A DNA stretch of 64,000 nt. It comes from a bacterium HR21 (GTDB taxonomy: Bacteria > Bacteroidota > Ignavibacteria > Kapaibacteriales > HRBIN21). Positions 9,400 to 19,401 of the stretch are shown here, piece by piece. The notes under the pieces are model-generated. The model was not told the DNA's origin, did not search any database, and worked only from the letters and a program-made list of their open reading frames with translations. Every line of letters begins with the position of its first letter. The stretch's first letter is position 1. The translations under genes and the position numbers were made by a program. The stretch lies in NCBI GenBank assembly GCA_002898295.1, contig BEHX01000001.1, positions 265,473 through 329,472 of the forward strand, written 5' to 3'.

Positions 9400-9684
9400 A
9401 TGGCGAAGCGCTGTCAGCTCACCGGGATTGGACCACAGTTTGGGCATCGCGTCTCGCACGCGAACAACCGTTCAAACCGCAAATTCCTCCCCAACTTACA
9501 GTGGAAGCGCGTGTGGATTCCCGAACTCCAGCGTTGGGTTCGGCTGCGCCTGACAGCCAAAGCTCTCAAAACCCTGGACCGGAAGGGGTTTCCAGCGATG
9601 CTCAAGGAGCTGCGCCACGAAGGGGCAACAGAGCTGGTGCGGGAAATTCAGCGCCGGCTGCGGGTTGAGAAACTCAGCCTTTGA
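9400..9684 (+). CDS. rpmB: 50S ribosomal protein L28
   Basis: [34 protein letters not shown] matches the L28 N-terminal signature. ORF 9367..9684 trimmed to this Met. Confidence 0.85.
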   Translation: MAKRCQLTGIGPQFGHRVSHANNRSNRKFLPNLQWKRVWIPELQRWVRLRLTAKALKTLDRKGFPAMLKELRHEGATELVREIQRRLRVEKLSL

Positions 9685-11128
9685 TCACCGCAATCGGGCG
9701 CAGACGCGCTACCATCCGAGCAATGCCCGCTGTGTGGACGACGCGGACCACCGCGTCCACATCCTTATACGCTACCGGCGCTTCCTCGACTAATCCACGG
9801 ACACTGCCTGCCTGCACAACGATCCCGCGCTGCCGCAGCTCCGCCCGGAGGCGTTCAGCATCAACCTGGCGTTTCGCCGCGTGCCGAGACATCTGGCGCC
9901 CTGCCCCATGGCAGGTCGAGCCGAAGGTCTGCTCCATACTGCCGGATGCCCCCACGAGCACGTAGGACGCCGTCCCCATACTGCCCGGAATAAGTACCGG
10001 CTGTCCGACATGCCGGTATACTGCCGGCGTCTCCGGATGCCCCGGAGGAAATGCTCGCGTTGCTCCCTTCCGATGGACCAAGACCTGTTTCGGAGTCCCC
10101 TGCACAACGTGCTGCTCCAGCTTGGCAATGTTGTGCGCCACGTCGTAGAGCACCCGGAGGCGTCCCCCAGCCGGACCGAAAACCTCTTTCCACGCCTGCC
10201 GAACTTCCCACGTGATCAGCTGACGGTTGGTCCAGGCAAAGTTTGCCGCGGCACACATCGCACGGAAGTAGCGTTCTCCCTCCGGCGAACGGAATGGCGC
10301 ACAGGCAAGCTCGCGGTCAGGCAGGCGAATTCCATACCGCGAGAGCGCTGCCATCATCGTGCGGATGTAATCGGTTGCTACCTGGTGCCCAAGCCCCCGA
10401 GAGCCTGTGTGGATGAGCACCACGACCTGTTTCGGAGTGAGTCCCAAAACCTGAGCAACGCGGTCGTCGAAGATTTTGTCCACGTAGTCAACTTCCACGA
10501 AATGGTTCCCCGCCCCCATCGTCCCCAGCTGGTCCCGCCCACGCTCTTTGGCTTCTTTGGAGACAGCCTCGGAATCCGCCTCTGCTAGAGACCCGCGTGA
10601 CTCGATGAAGTCCAGGTCTTCCTCCTCTGCGTAGCCTTCCGCTAATGCCCACTGGACACCGCGATCGAGCACACGGTCAAGCTCCCGGATACTGAGCTTG
10701 AACTGTCCCCCGCGCCCGACCCCAGAGGGTACGGTTTTGTAGATAGCTTTCGCCAACTGCTCCAAGCGGGATTGCACCTCGGTGTAGGTCAGCTCCGACA
10801 CCAGCAGACGCACGCCACAGTTGATGTCGTATCCAATGCCTCCGGGTGAAATGACGCCCTCTTCGACATCCATCGCGGCAATACCCCCGATGGGAAAGCC
10901 GTATCCTTCGTGAACATCCGGCATGACGAGCGCCGCCTGCTGGATTCCCGGCAGCGTCGCAACGTTGATGAGCTGCTCCAGGGAGCGGTCCTGGAGAATC
11001 TGCTCCAGGAGCTCCTCCGAGGCGTAGACGCGGGCAGGTACCCGCATATCGGGGCGCACCGTCGGTGGGATCTCCCACACCACCGGTCCAATCTGGCGAA
11101 GTTGCTCTTTGCGAAGCATCGCTCTCAC
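9674..11128 (-). CDS. rtcB: RNA-splicing ligase RtcB (3'-phosphate/5'-OH RNA ligase)
   Basis: RtcB metal-site motifs [20 protein letters not shown] and HNIA; 484 aa. Confidence 0.92.
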   Translation of the reverse strand: MRAMLRKEQLRQIGPVVWEIPPTVRPDMRVPARVYASEELLEQILQDRSLEQLINVATLPGIQQAALVMPDVHEGYGFPIGGIAAMDVEEGVISPGGIGYDINCGVRLLVSELTYTEVQSRLEQLAKAIYKTVPSGVGRGGQFKLSIRELDRVLDRGVQWALAEGYAEEEDLDFIESRGSLAEADSEAVSKEAKERGRDQLGTMGAGNHFVEVDYVDKIFDDRVAQVLGLTPKQVVVLIHTGSRGLGHQVATDYIRTMMAALSRYGIRLPDRELACAPFRSPEGERYFRAMCAAANFAWTNRQLITWEVRQAWKEVFGPAGGRLRVLYDVAHNIAKLEQHVVQGTPKQVLVHRKGATRAFPPGHPETPAVYRHVGQPVLIPGSMGTASYVLVGASGSMEQTFGSTCHGAGRQMSRHAAKRQVDAERLRAELRQRGIVVQAGSVRGLVEEAPVAYKDVDAVVRVVHTAGIARMVARLRPIAVIKG

Positions 11129-11541
11129 ACGTCCAGCACAAGCCGAGCCTCATAGCCGGTAGAATGACGACGAACCTCCGCCTCGTGGTAGGTCACCGCT
11201 TTGACGTCCTGGACAAATCCCTCAACTCGAACTCCCCAGAGCTGCGCCTCCAGCTCTGTCGGGGTCAGCTGCGCAAAGCTCACACGACAGAAGAGGGCTT
11301 TCCCCACCTGGCTATGCCAGAGAACATCGCAGAGGAAGTCTACGAGCAGAGCTGTCGTATCTGGCGCCTTCCGGGCAACCGAGCGTCGCAGTGGCAGACG
11401 CCTCCGCGCGTGGCATTCCCCTGGCAGCAAAATCTCTGCCAGCGCGACCACAGCGATCTGGAACAACTCCGGCAGTGTCTCTGCCGTAAGTACCAGGCGT
11501 ATATCCGCCGTATGGGGTTCGAGGCGGAAGCTTGCTCCCAT
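11125..11541 (-). CDS. Archease (RtcB activator)
   Basis: 138-aa protein beginning ...EPHTADIRL with an archease-like C-terminal region. Its stop overlaps the rtcB start, i.e. an archease-rtcB operon. Confidence 0.8.
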   Translation of the reverse strand: MGASFRLEPHTADIRLVLTAETLPELFQIAVVALAEILLPGECHARRRLPLRRSVARKAPDTTALLVDFLCDVLWHSQVGKALFCRVSFAQLTPTELEAQLWGVRVEGFVQDVKAVTYHEAEVRRHSTGYEARLVLDV

Positions 11542-13203
11542 TCACTGCGGACGGAAGATGAGCTCAACCCGCCGGTTCCGCGCTCGCCCCAGTGGGGTGC
11601 TGTTCGTATCAAGAGGCTGTGTCCGCCCCAGTCCGTATGCAGTGATCCGCTGCGGCTCGACACCGCGAGCAATGAGGAATTCCCGCACTGCTTCGGCTCG
11701 CAGTCGTGACAGCAGTAAGTTCTGCTCATCTGTCCCGATCGAGTCCGTATGTCCCCGGACTTCGACAGTAACGGCAGGGTTCTGCTTCAACCACTCAGCG
11801 ACTTGTTCCAAGAGCGCTTCTGCCTCGGGCAGCAGCGTTGCTTTGTTGAACTCGAAGAACAACCCCGGCAGTACCATTGGACGTCCAACCGCCGGTTTCT
11901 CCACCAGTTGGGTAACGACAACCGTATCGCGCACAATACGCTCCACGACGATGGTATCGCGGTGTACTACCACGAGCGTATCCCGCCGCTCCGGCGGCTC
12001 CGGTGCCAAGCCCAGAGAGGCGAGAGCAGGATGTGCATAGCCATCCGGACAACCGTGATTGGTCAGGCTCCCGAGCAGACGCGGGCAGAGATCATCTCCG
12101 TCCCGAGTCCCATCGCCGTCGGTATCTGCCAGCATGGGATTTGTCCCCAGGCGGATCTCCTCCCAGTCGCTGAGCCCATCACCGTCGGAATCCGCTCGAA
12201 GGGGATTGGTGCCGTAGTAGAGCACTTCCTCGCCATCGCTGAGCCCATCCCCATCGGTATCCCGGCGCGTCGGGTCGCTGAAGTAGCGGAAGACCTCCTG
12301 CCCGTCGGTCAAGCCGTCCCCGTCAGTATCAGCAAGCAGGGGATTGGTGTAGTAGCGGCGAGCTTCTTCAAAGTCGCTCAGCCCATCGCCATCGGTATCA
12401 GGGTAGTAGGGGTTTGTTGCAAGCTGCTCTTCTTCCTCGTTGGTCAGCCCGTCACGGTCGTGGTCCCGCTCATCGAAGAGGTAGTAGGAAAGCTTCACAA
12501 GCAGCTCGCCATAACCGTCGTTGTGGGAAGGGAGCGTATCCCCGTCCGGGGTGAGTATGCGCAGCGAGAAGCCGTCAAGCCAGTCGGTTGTCAATCCATG
12601 AACGGCTGCCTGAAGCCCGATGGAGAAGCGGCGGGTAAGGTAGTAATCAACCCCAATGCCGGCAACAGGGTGGAGGTTGAATTCATCAGCCTCGGTGAAG
12701 TTTGGGTAATGGATGCGCCGTCCGCTGGGCGTGATGGCATCTTCCATGATGTCCTGGGGCTGGAATGACAGGAGCCCAAAGCCGCCGAAAAGGTACGGGT
12801 TGAACTCCGAGCGGGGAAAGAGATTGACAAACAGCAATGCCTCCCACGTGGCGATCTTCGTCCGCCGGTACGCCCCACCGGGATAGTCCTGCGGAGGGAA
12901 CTGCTCGTAGTACGACGGACCAAAGCGCCACTTGTAGCGCCGGTCGTATGCCAGATACCCAAATGTGCTCCGCATCCCCAATGCGAGCTCGGCGCTAAAT
13001 GGGAGGAAGTAGCGGAACTGAATCCCCGTCAGGGCATGGATCCGATGAGTTGAGAACTCTCCGGCGTACTTGGTCATCCCGCCCAGGAGACTGACCTCCA
13101 GGCGTCCTTCTGGATAGAGCCGGAACGGGCGGTAGTATGCAGGCTCCTGCGCCCAGAGGAACACAACGCCTGCTCCCACCAGGAGAGCTCGAACTCCACT
13201 CAT
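11542..13203 (-). CDS. OmpA-family outer-membrane protein with thrombospondin type-3 (calcium-binding) repeats
   Basis: Signal peptide; at least 6 tandem D-x-D-x-DG-x-x-D/E repeats (DTDGDGLSD...); C-terminal OmpA domain (TDSIGTDEQNLLLSRLRAEAV ... NRRVELIF). Strong SD GGGAGGTG 5 nt before the ATG. Confidence 0.88.
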   Translation of the reverse strand: MSGVRALLVGAGVVFLWAQEPAYYRPFRLYPEGRLEVSLLGGMTKYAGEFSTHRIHALTGIQFRYFLPFSAELALGMRSTFGYLAYDRRYKWRFGPSYYEQFPPQDYPGGAYRRTKIATWEALLFVNLFPRSEFNPYLFGGFGLLSFQPQDIMEDAITPSGRRIHYPNFTEADEFNLHPVAGIGVDYYLTRRFSIGLQAAVHGLTTDWLDGFSLRILTPDGDTLPSHNDGYGELLVKLSYYLFDERDHDRDGLTNEEEEQLATNPYYPDTDGDGLSDFEEARRYYTNPLLADTDGDGLTDGQEVFRYFSDPTRRDTDGDGLSDGEEVLYYGTNPLRADSDGDGLSDWEEIRLGTNPMLADTDGDGTRDGDDLCPRLLGSLTNHGCPDGYAHPALASLGLAPEPPERRDTLVVVHRDTIVVERIVRDTVVVTQLVEKPAVGRPMVLPGLFFEFNKATLLPEAEALLEQVAEWLKQNPAVTVEVRGHTDSIGTDEQNLLLSRLRAEAVREFLIARGVEPQRITAYGLGRTQPLDTNSTPLGRARNRRVELIFRPQ

Positions 13204-13279
13204 TGCACCTCCCGTCGCTTGTCGTAAAAGAGCTGGAGCAATTTCAGTGCCACCCCACCCCTTCCCGGCTCCCTCTGTC

Positions 13280-15082
13280 CTACAGCAGGAGAGTCTCTTC
13301 GGTCATCGCCTCAAGTGACTGGCGGACTGCCTGTAAGAACTGCCCAGCGAGCATCCCGTCAATGATCCGATGATCGAAGCTCAACGACAGGTAGACCATG
13401 TGGCGCACCAAAATCACATCGCTACCTTCGATTTCCCGAACAACCGGACGCTTTTGGATGAGCCCGATGCCCAGAATTGCCACCTGGGGCTGATTGATAA
13501 TTGGCGTTCCCAGCAATGTCCCGAAACTCCCGAAGTTCGTCACCGAAAACGTCCCTCCCTGAACCTCGTCGGGGAGGAGCTTTTTGGTGCGTGCCCGCTG
13601 TGCCAGGTCAGCAATTGCCCGCGCAAGCCCGGTGATGCTCAGAGCATCTGCATTCTTGATGACCGGCACAATGAGATTACCGTTCGGCAGCACCGTTGCA
13701 ATGCCAATATTGATGCGCTTGTGCACGAGGATGTTCTTCCCTTCCACACTGGCATTCAGGAGCGGGTACTGCTTCAACGCTTCAACCGCCGCTCGAACGA
13801 AGAAGGGCAAATAGGTCAAGCGGATCCCTTCTCGGCGCTCGAACTCCTCTTTGTACTTCTCCCGGATCCGCACAAGGTTGGTCACATCTGCCTCATCCAC
13901 CGCGGTAACGTGCGGCGATGTCTGCTTGGAACGCACCATGTGCTCGGCAATGAGCTGCCGGACATGGTCCATCGGGATAACCTCTACCTCAGGACCGGCT
14001 GCTACCGGAGCAGGAGCAGCAACTGGCTCGGTGACCCGAACCGTCGGCTCAGGCTGTACAGCCGGCTCTGGTACAGCGGGGGTTGGCATCGCTGGCGGAA
14101 CCGGTCGTGCACGACGCTGCTCCAGATACCGCAGAAGATCGTGCTTGGTCACTCGCCCTTCCAGCCCCGTCCCGGGAATACGTTCTAGCTCCTCGGGGGT
14201 AATCCCCTCCGCCTCAGCAATGGCACGGACCAGGGGCGAGAAGAAGCGCCCTCCAACCGTGCGCGGAATCCTCGTTGCAGGCTGCCGCTGTCCGTCGCCA
14301 TTCCCTGGCGCGGATACCGGCGAGACCGACGGCTGCACAACGGCAACCGGGGTCGGAGCTACCTCCTGGGCGGGCGCAGGCGAAGGTGCCGACACCGGTT
14401 GGGCTTCCACAGGAGCAGGCTCACCCCGCGGCGTGCTCGGTGGCACTTCCCCCGCCGTCCCGACGGCAATCCGGGCGATGACTTTTCCGACGGGGACGGT
14501 CTCTCCTTCGGGAAAGAGAATCTCGGCCACAACCCCAGAAGCCGGCGCCGGAATTTCCGTATCAACCTTGTCGGTGGAAATCTCCAGCAGCGTCTCGTCC
14601 TGCTCAACCCGCTCGCCTACCTTCTTGACCCACCGGATAATTTTGCCCTCCTGCACCGATTCCCCCATCTTCGGCATCACAACATCGACCAGCTGACGAG
14701 ATTCCGACAGCGCCGGAGAAGCTGCAGGTACAGCCGATGGAGCCGCTCCTGGCGCAGCCTCTCCAGTCACCGGTGGAGCTTCCGCCGGACGCGGCGACTG
14801 CGCCGGTGCCGTCGGAGCTTCCTGAGCAGAAGGTGCTGCGGTAACCTCGGTCTCAATCCGGGCGATGACTTTCCCGACGGGGACGGTCTCTCCTTCGGGA
14901 AAGAGAATCTCGGCCACAACCCCAGAAGCCGGCGCCGGAATCTCCGTGTCAACCTTGTCGGTGGAAATCTCCAGCAGCGTCTCGTCCTGCTCAACCCGCT
15001 CGCCTACCTTCTTGACCCACCGGATAATTTTGCCCTCCTGCACCGATTCCCCCATCTTCGGCATCACAACATCGACACGCAT
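13280..15082 (-). CDS. 2-oxo-acid dehydrogenase complex E2 (dihydrolipoyllysine-residue acyltransferase) with two lipoyl domains
   Basis: Two near-identical lipoyl domains (VDVVMPKMGESVQEGKIIRWVKK...EISTDKVDTEIPAP), Ala/Pro linkers, an E3-binding domain, and a catalytic domain with the DHRIIDG motif. No E1/E3 genes adjacent in the window. Confidence 0.88.
   Translation of the reverse strand: MRVDVVMPKMGESVQEGKIIRWVKKVGERVEQDETLLEISTDKVDTEIPAPASGVVAEILFPEGETVPVGKVIARIETEVTAAPSAQEAPTAPAQSPRPAEAPPVTGEAAPGAAPSAVPAASPALSESRQLVDVVMPKMGESVQEGKIIRWVKKVGERVEQDETLLEISTDKVDTEIPAPASGVVAEILFPEGETVPVGKVIARIAVGTAGEVPPSTPRGEPAPVEAQPVSAPSPAPAQEVAPTPVAVVQPSVSPVSAPGNGDGQRQPATRIPRTVGGRFFSPLVRAIAEAEGITPEELERIPGTGLEGRVTKHDLLRYLEQRRARPVPPAMPTPAVPEPAVQPEPTVRVTEPVAAPAPVAAGPEVEVIPMDHVRQLIAEHMVRSKQTSPHVTAVDEADVTNLVRIREKYKEEFERREGIRLTYLPFFVRAAVEALKQYPLLNASVEGKNILVHKRINIGIATVLPNGNLIVPVIKNADALSITGLARAIADLAQRARTKKLLPDEVQGGTFSVTNFGSFGTLLGTPIINQPQVAILGIGLIQKRPVVREIEGSDVILVRHMVYLSLSFDHRIIDGMLAGQFLQAVRQSLEAMTEETLLL
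14466..14692. repeat. Copy B of ~225-bp near-identical direct repeat (lipoyl-domain duplication inside the E2 gene)
   Basis: Read directly from the sequence: 14466..14692 and 14848..15074 are nearly identical (only a few mismatches), offset ~382 bp, in frame. Confidence 0.85.
14848..15074. repeat. Copy A of ~225-bp near-identical direct repeat (lipoyl-domain duplication inside the E2 gene)
   Basis: See copy B. Explains the mirrored antisense ORFs 13851..14696 and 14399..15157. Confidence 0.85.
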
Positions 15083-15234
15083 GGTCGCTTGCCGCCGTGG
15101 TCAGAACACACACCCGGCACGCAACTTACGAAATTCGCCCTGCTGCCAAGCCGCTGACCGGAGCAGCGCTAAACGGAAGCCGGAAGCCATGCGTCATAGG
15201 ATGCATGCCGGTCAGTCCTCTGCACAGCGGTTCA

Positions 15235-18200
15235 ATGCAGCACCGTTGGATGCTCCTGGTTATACTTGCTGCCCTCGGGCTTACTCCGGAGCTGACAGCT
15301 CAATTCGGCAAGAACAAAGTCCAGTACCAGCGCTTCCAGTGGTACTCTCTCCAGTCTCGGCATCTGGACGTGTACTTCACGCCCGGTGGCGAATACCTTG
15401 CTCGCTTCGCGGCACTGGTTGGAGAAAAGGCACTGCGGTCTATCCAGCAGACAGTCGGACACCGCATCAGCCGGCGCATTGCCCTAATCGTCTACAACTC
15501 CCACGTGGAATTTCAGCAGACAAACGTCGTGTGGGAGTTCCTCCCGGAGGGTGTGGGAGGCGTCACGGAGCTGTTCAAAAACCGCGTCGTTGTTCCCTTC
15601 GAGGGCAACTACGAACAATTCCGCCATGTGATCCACCACGAGCTGGTTCACGCCGTGCTCAACGACATGTTCTACGGGGGCAGTCTGCAGAACGCGTTGA
15701 CCCGCGGGAGTGATGTTGAGCTCCCGCTGTGGATGAACGAAGGGCTGGCCGAGTTCGAGAGCCTGGGTGGATATGACACGCGGACTGACATGTTCATGCG
15801 CGACCTTGCCCTCAGCGAAGAGCTACGCGGGCTGGAATCGCTGGACGGATACCTGGCTTACCGTGGTGGGCAGGCTTTCTACTGGTACATCGCCCGCAAG
15901 TACGGGCGCGAAAAGATTGCCGAACTGCTCCAGCGCCTGAAGCTCCAGCGTAGCCTCAACGCTGCGTTCCGGAACACTTTCAAAATGGACTTCGACGCCT
16001 TCTCGCGCCAGTGGTCTTGGGAGATGAAGAAGTTCTACTGGCCCGATATCGGGCGCTTTGAAGACGTCCGCGACTTTGCCCAACGCCTCACTGACCGCAG
16101 CCGTGAGGACTACTTCTACAACACTTCCCCGTCCCTCTCCCCGGATGGTTCCCGACTGGCTTTCATTTCGGATCGGACAGGCTTCTTTGCACTGTATCTG
16201 CTGGACCTGCAGCGCCCGGACCGGGAGCCGCGCCGTCTTGTCAGCAGCGGGCGGCAGCGTGACTTCGAAGAACTCAATCTGCTGACCCCAGGCATTGCTT
16301 GGGACCCGGAGGGCAAGACACTGGCCGTTGCAGCAAAGGCAGGCGGGGAAAACGCAATTTACCTCCTCGATGTCGCCACCGGCTCATACAAACGCCTGCT
16401 GCTGGGGTTCAAAGCGATCTCTTCCATTACCTGGTCGCCGGATGGCTCCCGGCTGCTGTTTGTAGCCACGCGCGACGAACAGCCCGATCTCTGGCTCTAC
16501 AATCTGCAGAGCGGGACCTTGGACAACCTCACCGACGACGTCTTCACCGACCTTGCCCCCGTTTTCTCTCCTGATGGGAACCGGATCTACTTCGTCTCCG
16601 ACCGTGGCGATGTGCTCGAGCTCGGGCTCCGAAACCGCCCCCGCATGTGGGAGCTTCCCGTTGGCACCAGCGACATTTACGAACTGGACCTTTCCTCGCG
16701 TCGCCTCCGCCGCTTGACCTTCTCTCCCGATGCCTGGAAGACCTCCCTGGCTGTTGCCCCCGATGGGAAAACGCTCCTCTTTGTCTCGGACGCCAACGGG
16801 ATTGGGAACGTCTATGCACTGGACCTCCGTTCCGGGCGGATTCGCCCTCTAACAAACTCCGCATATGGCATTCTGCAAATCTCTCTCTCCGCCGATGGCA
16901 CCCTGCTGGCATTCTCTGCCCAAGTCCAAGGGGGATATGACCTCTTCCTCCTCCGCTCCCCACTGGAGCGGACTTTGCCCGACACCCTCCCTCTGACTGC
17001 CTTCCGGGACGAGCAGCGTCGCGCACGCACACGTCCCGCACTGCCCCCGGTGGTCGGCGATACACTCCTGCCCGAACAGCCTTACGCCACCTTCGCCCTC
17101 GACTTCCAACATCAGCTCATGGTTGTGCCCAACCCCGACGTCCTCTCTCCTGGATGGCTCGGGAGTGAGCCCGATACGACGAGCGACTCTCTGCACGGAC
17201 CCCGTCCCTACCGGGTGAGCTTCTCTCCCGACATCATCCTGGGCAGTGCCGGCTACAGCACCTTCTTCGGGCTGCAGGGAATTACGCAGATGCTCTTCAG
17301 CGATGTCCTCGGCGATCACCAGATTTATGTCGAAGCAAACCTCATGCTGGACCTCAAGAACAGCAACTTCCTTGTCTCCTACGCCTACTTGCCCGACCTG
17401 ATTGACTACCAGTTTACCGGCTTCCACCAAGTGGGGTATGTCGTGCGGAGCAATGACTCCCTTTACCGCTTCCGCGCTTACGGACTCTGGGCTGATGCTC
17501 TCTATCCCTTTGACCGCTTCAACCGCCTCGAATGGGGTCTGGGCATCTTACGGGCAACGCGGGAAAACCTCGATGCACTCGAACCGCCATTCGAGCCCAC
17601 GCTGGAGCGGACACTTCTGGTTCCAACCCTGCGCTACGTCCACGACGACGTCCTCTGGGGCTTCTTCTCTCCACTGCTGGGCAGTCGTTACTACATCGGG
17701 GCACAGCTGACGCCGAAGCTGTCTCGGGATGGGATTGGCTTTGTCACGCTCCAGGGCGATTACCGTCATTACTTCCGTCTTGGGCGTTGGAGCAGCCTGG
17801 CTGTCCGCTTCTCCGGCGGTGCCAGCCTGGGTCCGAATCCCCAGAAATTCTTTGCGCTCGGAACCGACAACTGGCTCAACCCATCCTTTCCCACCCGCCA
17901 GCTTCCGTATGATCTCCCGGAGGATTTCGTCTTCGCTACCGCTGTCTTCCCCCTGCGGGGGTACGGTGTCTCGGAGCGCATGGGATCCCGCTTCGTCCTG
18001 TTCAATGCCGAGCTCCGCCTGCCAGTCTTCCTGGCTCTCTGGACGTCTCCGGCACCCCTGCTGATTCAGGGCATCACACTGGTTGCCTTTGCCGATGCCG
18101 GTGCCATCTGGAATAACCGGCTGCGGCTCATGACTACCACCGCCACTGGGGATCGCGTCCCAGACGCTCTCATGCTGAGTACTGGAACCGGTGTGCGTCT

Positions 18201-18303
18201 TCTCCTCTTCGGCTTCCCCTTCAAGCTCGATGTTGCGTGGCGTTACACGGGAGCGGGCTTCTCGAAGCCTATCTACCTCTTCTCGCTGGGTTATGACTTC
18301 TGA
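15235..18303 (+). CDS. Large exported protein: N-terminal Peptidase_MA-like (HExxH) domain + PD40/TolB-like beta-propeller repeats + C-terminal Omp85/BamA-like beta-barrel
   Basis: Signal peptide MQHRWMLLVILAALGLTPELTAQ. HHELVHAV ... WMNEGLAEFES is a Peptidase_MA_2-like zinc motif. At least 5 SPDGxxLxF repeats (PD40). C-terminus GYDF ends in a terminal aromatic, as in OM barrels. Confidence 0.55.
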   Translation: MQHRWMLLVILAALGLTPELTAQFGKNKVQYQRFQWYSLQSRHLDVYFTPGGEYLARFAALVGEKALRSIQQTVGHRISRRIALIVYNSHVEFQQTNVVWEFLPEGVGGVTELFKNRVVVPFEGNYEQFRHVIHHELVHAVLNDMFYGGSLQNALTRGSDVELPLWMNEGLAEFESLGGYDTRTDMFMRDLALSEELRGLESLDGYLAYRGGQAFYWYIARKYGREKIAELLQRLKLQRSLNAAFRNTFKMDFDAFSRQWSWEMKKFYWPDIGRFEDVRDFAQRLTDRSREDYFYNTSPSLSPDGSRLAFISDRTGFFALYLLDLQRPDREPRRLVSSGRQRDFEELNLLTPGIAWDPEGKTLAVAAKAGGENAIYLLDVATGSYKRLLLGFKAISSITWSPDGSRLLFVATRDEQPDLWLYNLQSGTLDNLTDDVFTDLAPVFSPDGNRIYFVSDRGDVLELGLRNRPRMWELPVGTSDIYELDLSSRRLRRLTFSPDAWKTSLAVAPDGKTLLFVSDANGIGNVYALDLRSGRIRPLTNSAYGILQISLSADGTLLAFSAQVQGGYDLFLLRSPLERTLPDTLPLTAFRDEQRRARTRPALPPVVGDTLLPEQPYATFALDFQHQLMVVPNPDVLSPGWLGSEPDTTSDSLHGPRPYRVSFSPDIILGSAGYSTFFGLQGITQMLFSDVLGDHQIYVEANLMLDLKNSNFLVSYAYLPDLIDYQFTGFHQVGYVVRSNDSLYRFRAYGLWADALYPFDRFNRLEWGLGILRATRENLDALEPPFEPTLERTLLVPTLRYVHDDVLWGFFSPLLGSRYYIGAQLTPKLSRDGIGFVTLQGDYRHYFRLGRWSSLAVRFSGGASLGPNPQKFFALGTDNWLNPSFPTRQLPYDLPEDFVFATAVFPLRGYGVSERMGSRFVLFNAELRLPVFLALWTSPAPLLIQGITLVAFADAGAIWNNRLRLMTTTATGDRVPDALMLSTGTGVRLLLFGFPFKLDVAWRYTGAGFSKPIYLFSLGYDF

Positions 18304-18306
18304 ACC

Positions 18307-19332
18307 TCACAGCCGGTAGGGCTTGAGCAACACGGTCTGGTACTGCTCGAAGTGTTCCAGCACCTTGCCTCCACCACGAACAACAGCCGTCAGCGGGTCT
18401 TCGGCAACATGCACCGGAAGCTCCGTTGCCTGCTCCAGGCGCTTGTCTAAGCCTTTCAGCAACGCACCACCCCCGGTCAGTACAATACCCCGGTCGTAGA
18501 TATCGGCTGCCAACTCCGGCGGGACTCGCTCCAGAAGCGAGAGCACAGCCTGAACAATCGCGGCAATAGGCTCTTCGAGTGCCTGGCGAATCTCCTCCGA
18601 GCTGACCCGGATCATTTGCGGGATACCGCTGACCAAATTGCGTCCCCGCACCTCGATCTCGTACTCCTCCTCCAGAGGGATGGCAGAGCCAATCTGGCAT
18701 TTGATGACCTCTGCTGTCCGCTCCCCGATGAGCATGCCGTACTGGCGGCGGAAGTACTGGATGATCGCATTGGTCATCTCGTCACCCGCGATGCGGATCG
18801 ATTCCTCCACGATAATGCCCGAGAGAGCAATGACAGCAATTTCGGTCGTACCACCGCCGATGTCCACAATCATGTTTCCCATCGGTTCGTGGACATCAAT
18901 TCCCACACCGATTGCCGCTGCCATAGGCTCTGCCAGCAAGTGCACATCTTTGGCGCCGGCATGTTCAGCGCTGTCCCGTACTGCCCGCTTCTCGACTTCG
19001 GTAACTCCGACCGGGACGCAGACAATGACCCGCCGCGGTGGGAGTAACCCATGGGAAACCCGGCGGATGAATGCCCGGAGCATGCTCTCGGCAATCTCGA
19101 AGTCGGCAATAACGCCATCTTTGAGGGGGCGCACCACCCGAATATCCCGATGCGTCTTGCCTACCATCGCCTGCGCCTCGTGCCCGAGAGCAATAAGGTG
19201 CCGTGTGGTCCGATCAAAGGCAACAATCGTCGGCTCGTTGAGCACAATCCCGCGCCCTTTCGCCCAAATCAGTGTATTGGCAGTCCCGAGGTCAACAGCA
19301 ATGTCGCTGGAAAACAGGCTCCACCCTGCCAT
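18307..19332 (-). CDS. mreB: Rod-shape determining protein MreB
   Basis: Actin-fold motifs DLGTANTLIW, VIVCVPVG and DIGGGTTEIAV. ORF trimmed to MAGWSLF; no mreCD adjacent. Confidence 0.9.
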   Translation of the reverse strand: MAGWSLFSSDIAVDLGTANTLIWAKGRGIVLNEPTIVAFDRTTRHLIALGHEAQAMVGKTHRDIRVVRPLKDGVIADFEIAESMLRAFIRRVSHGLLPPRRVIVCVPVGVTEVEKRAVRDSAEHAGAKDVHLLAEPMAAAIGVGIDVHEPMGNMIVDIGGGTTEIAVIALSGIIVEESIRIAGDEMTNAIIQYFRRQYGMLIGERTAEVIKCQIGSAIPLEEEYEIEVRGRNLVSGIPQMIRVSSEEIRQALEEPIAAIVQAVLSLLERVPPELAADIYDRGIVLTGGGALLKGLDKRLEQATELPVHVAEDPLTAVVRGGGKVLEHFEQYQTVLLKPYRL

Positions 19333-19401
19333 CGAGTGCGTTATCTGTCCATCGCTGATGCTGACATAAGCCACCGAGAGGCTACAAAAGTACGGAAAGC
19401 C

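Noticed and set aside
13851-15157. Long plus-strand ORFs (13851..14696, 14399..15157, 14865..15713) with internally repeated protein sequence, superficially repeat-array-like
   Set aside because: They are antisense to the E2 acyltransferase gene, and their repetition simply mirrors the duplicated lipoyl-domain DNA. The period (~382 bp) and the coding context exclude a CRISPR array.
16544-17430. Minus-strand ORFs 16544..17065 and 16849..17430 inside the large Peptidase_MA/PD40 gene
   Set aside because: Arg/Gly-rich antisense translations. The plus-strand frame has coherent PD40 repeats throughout.
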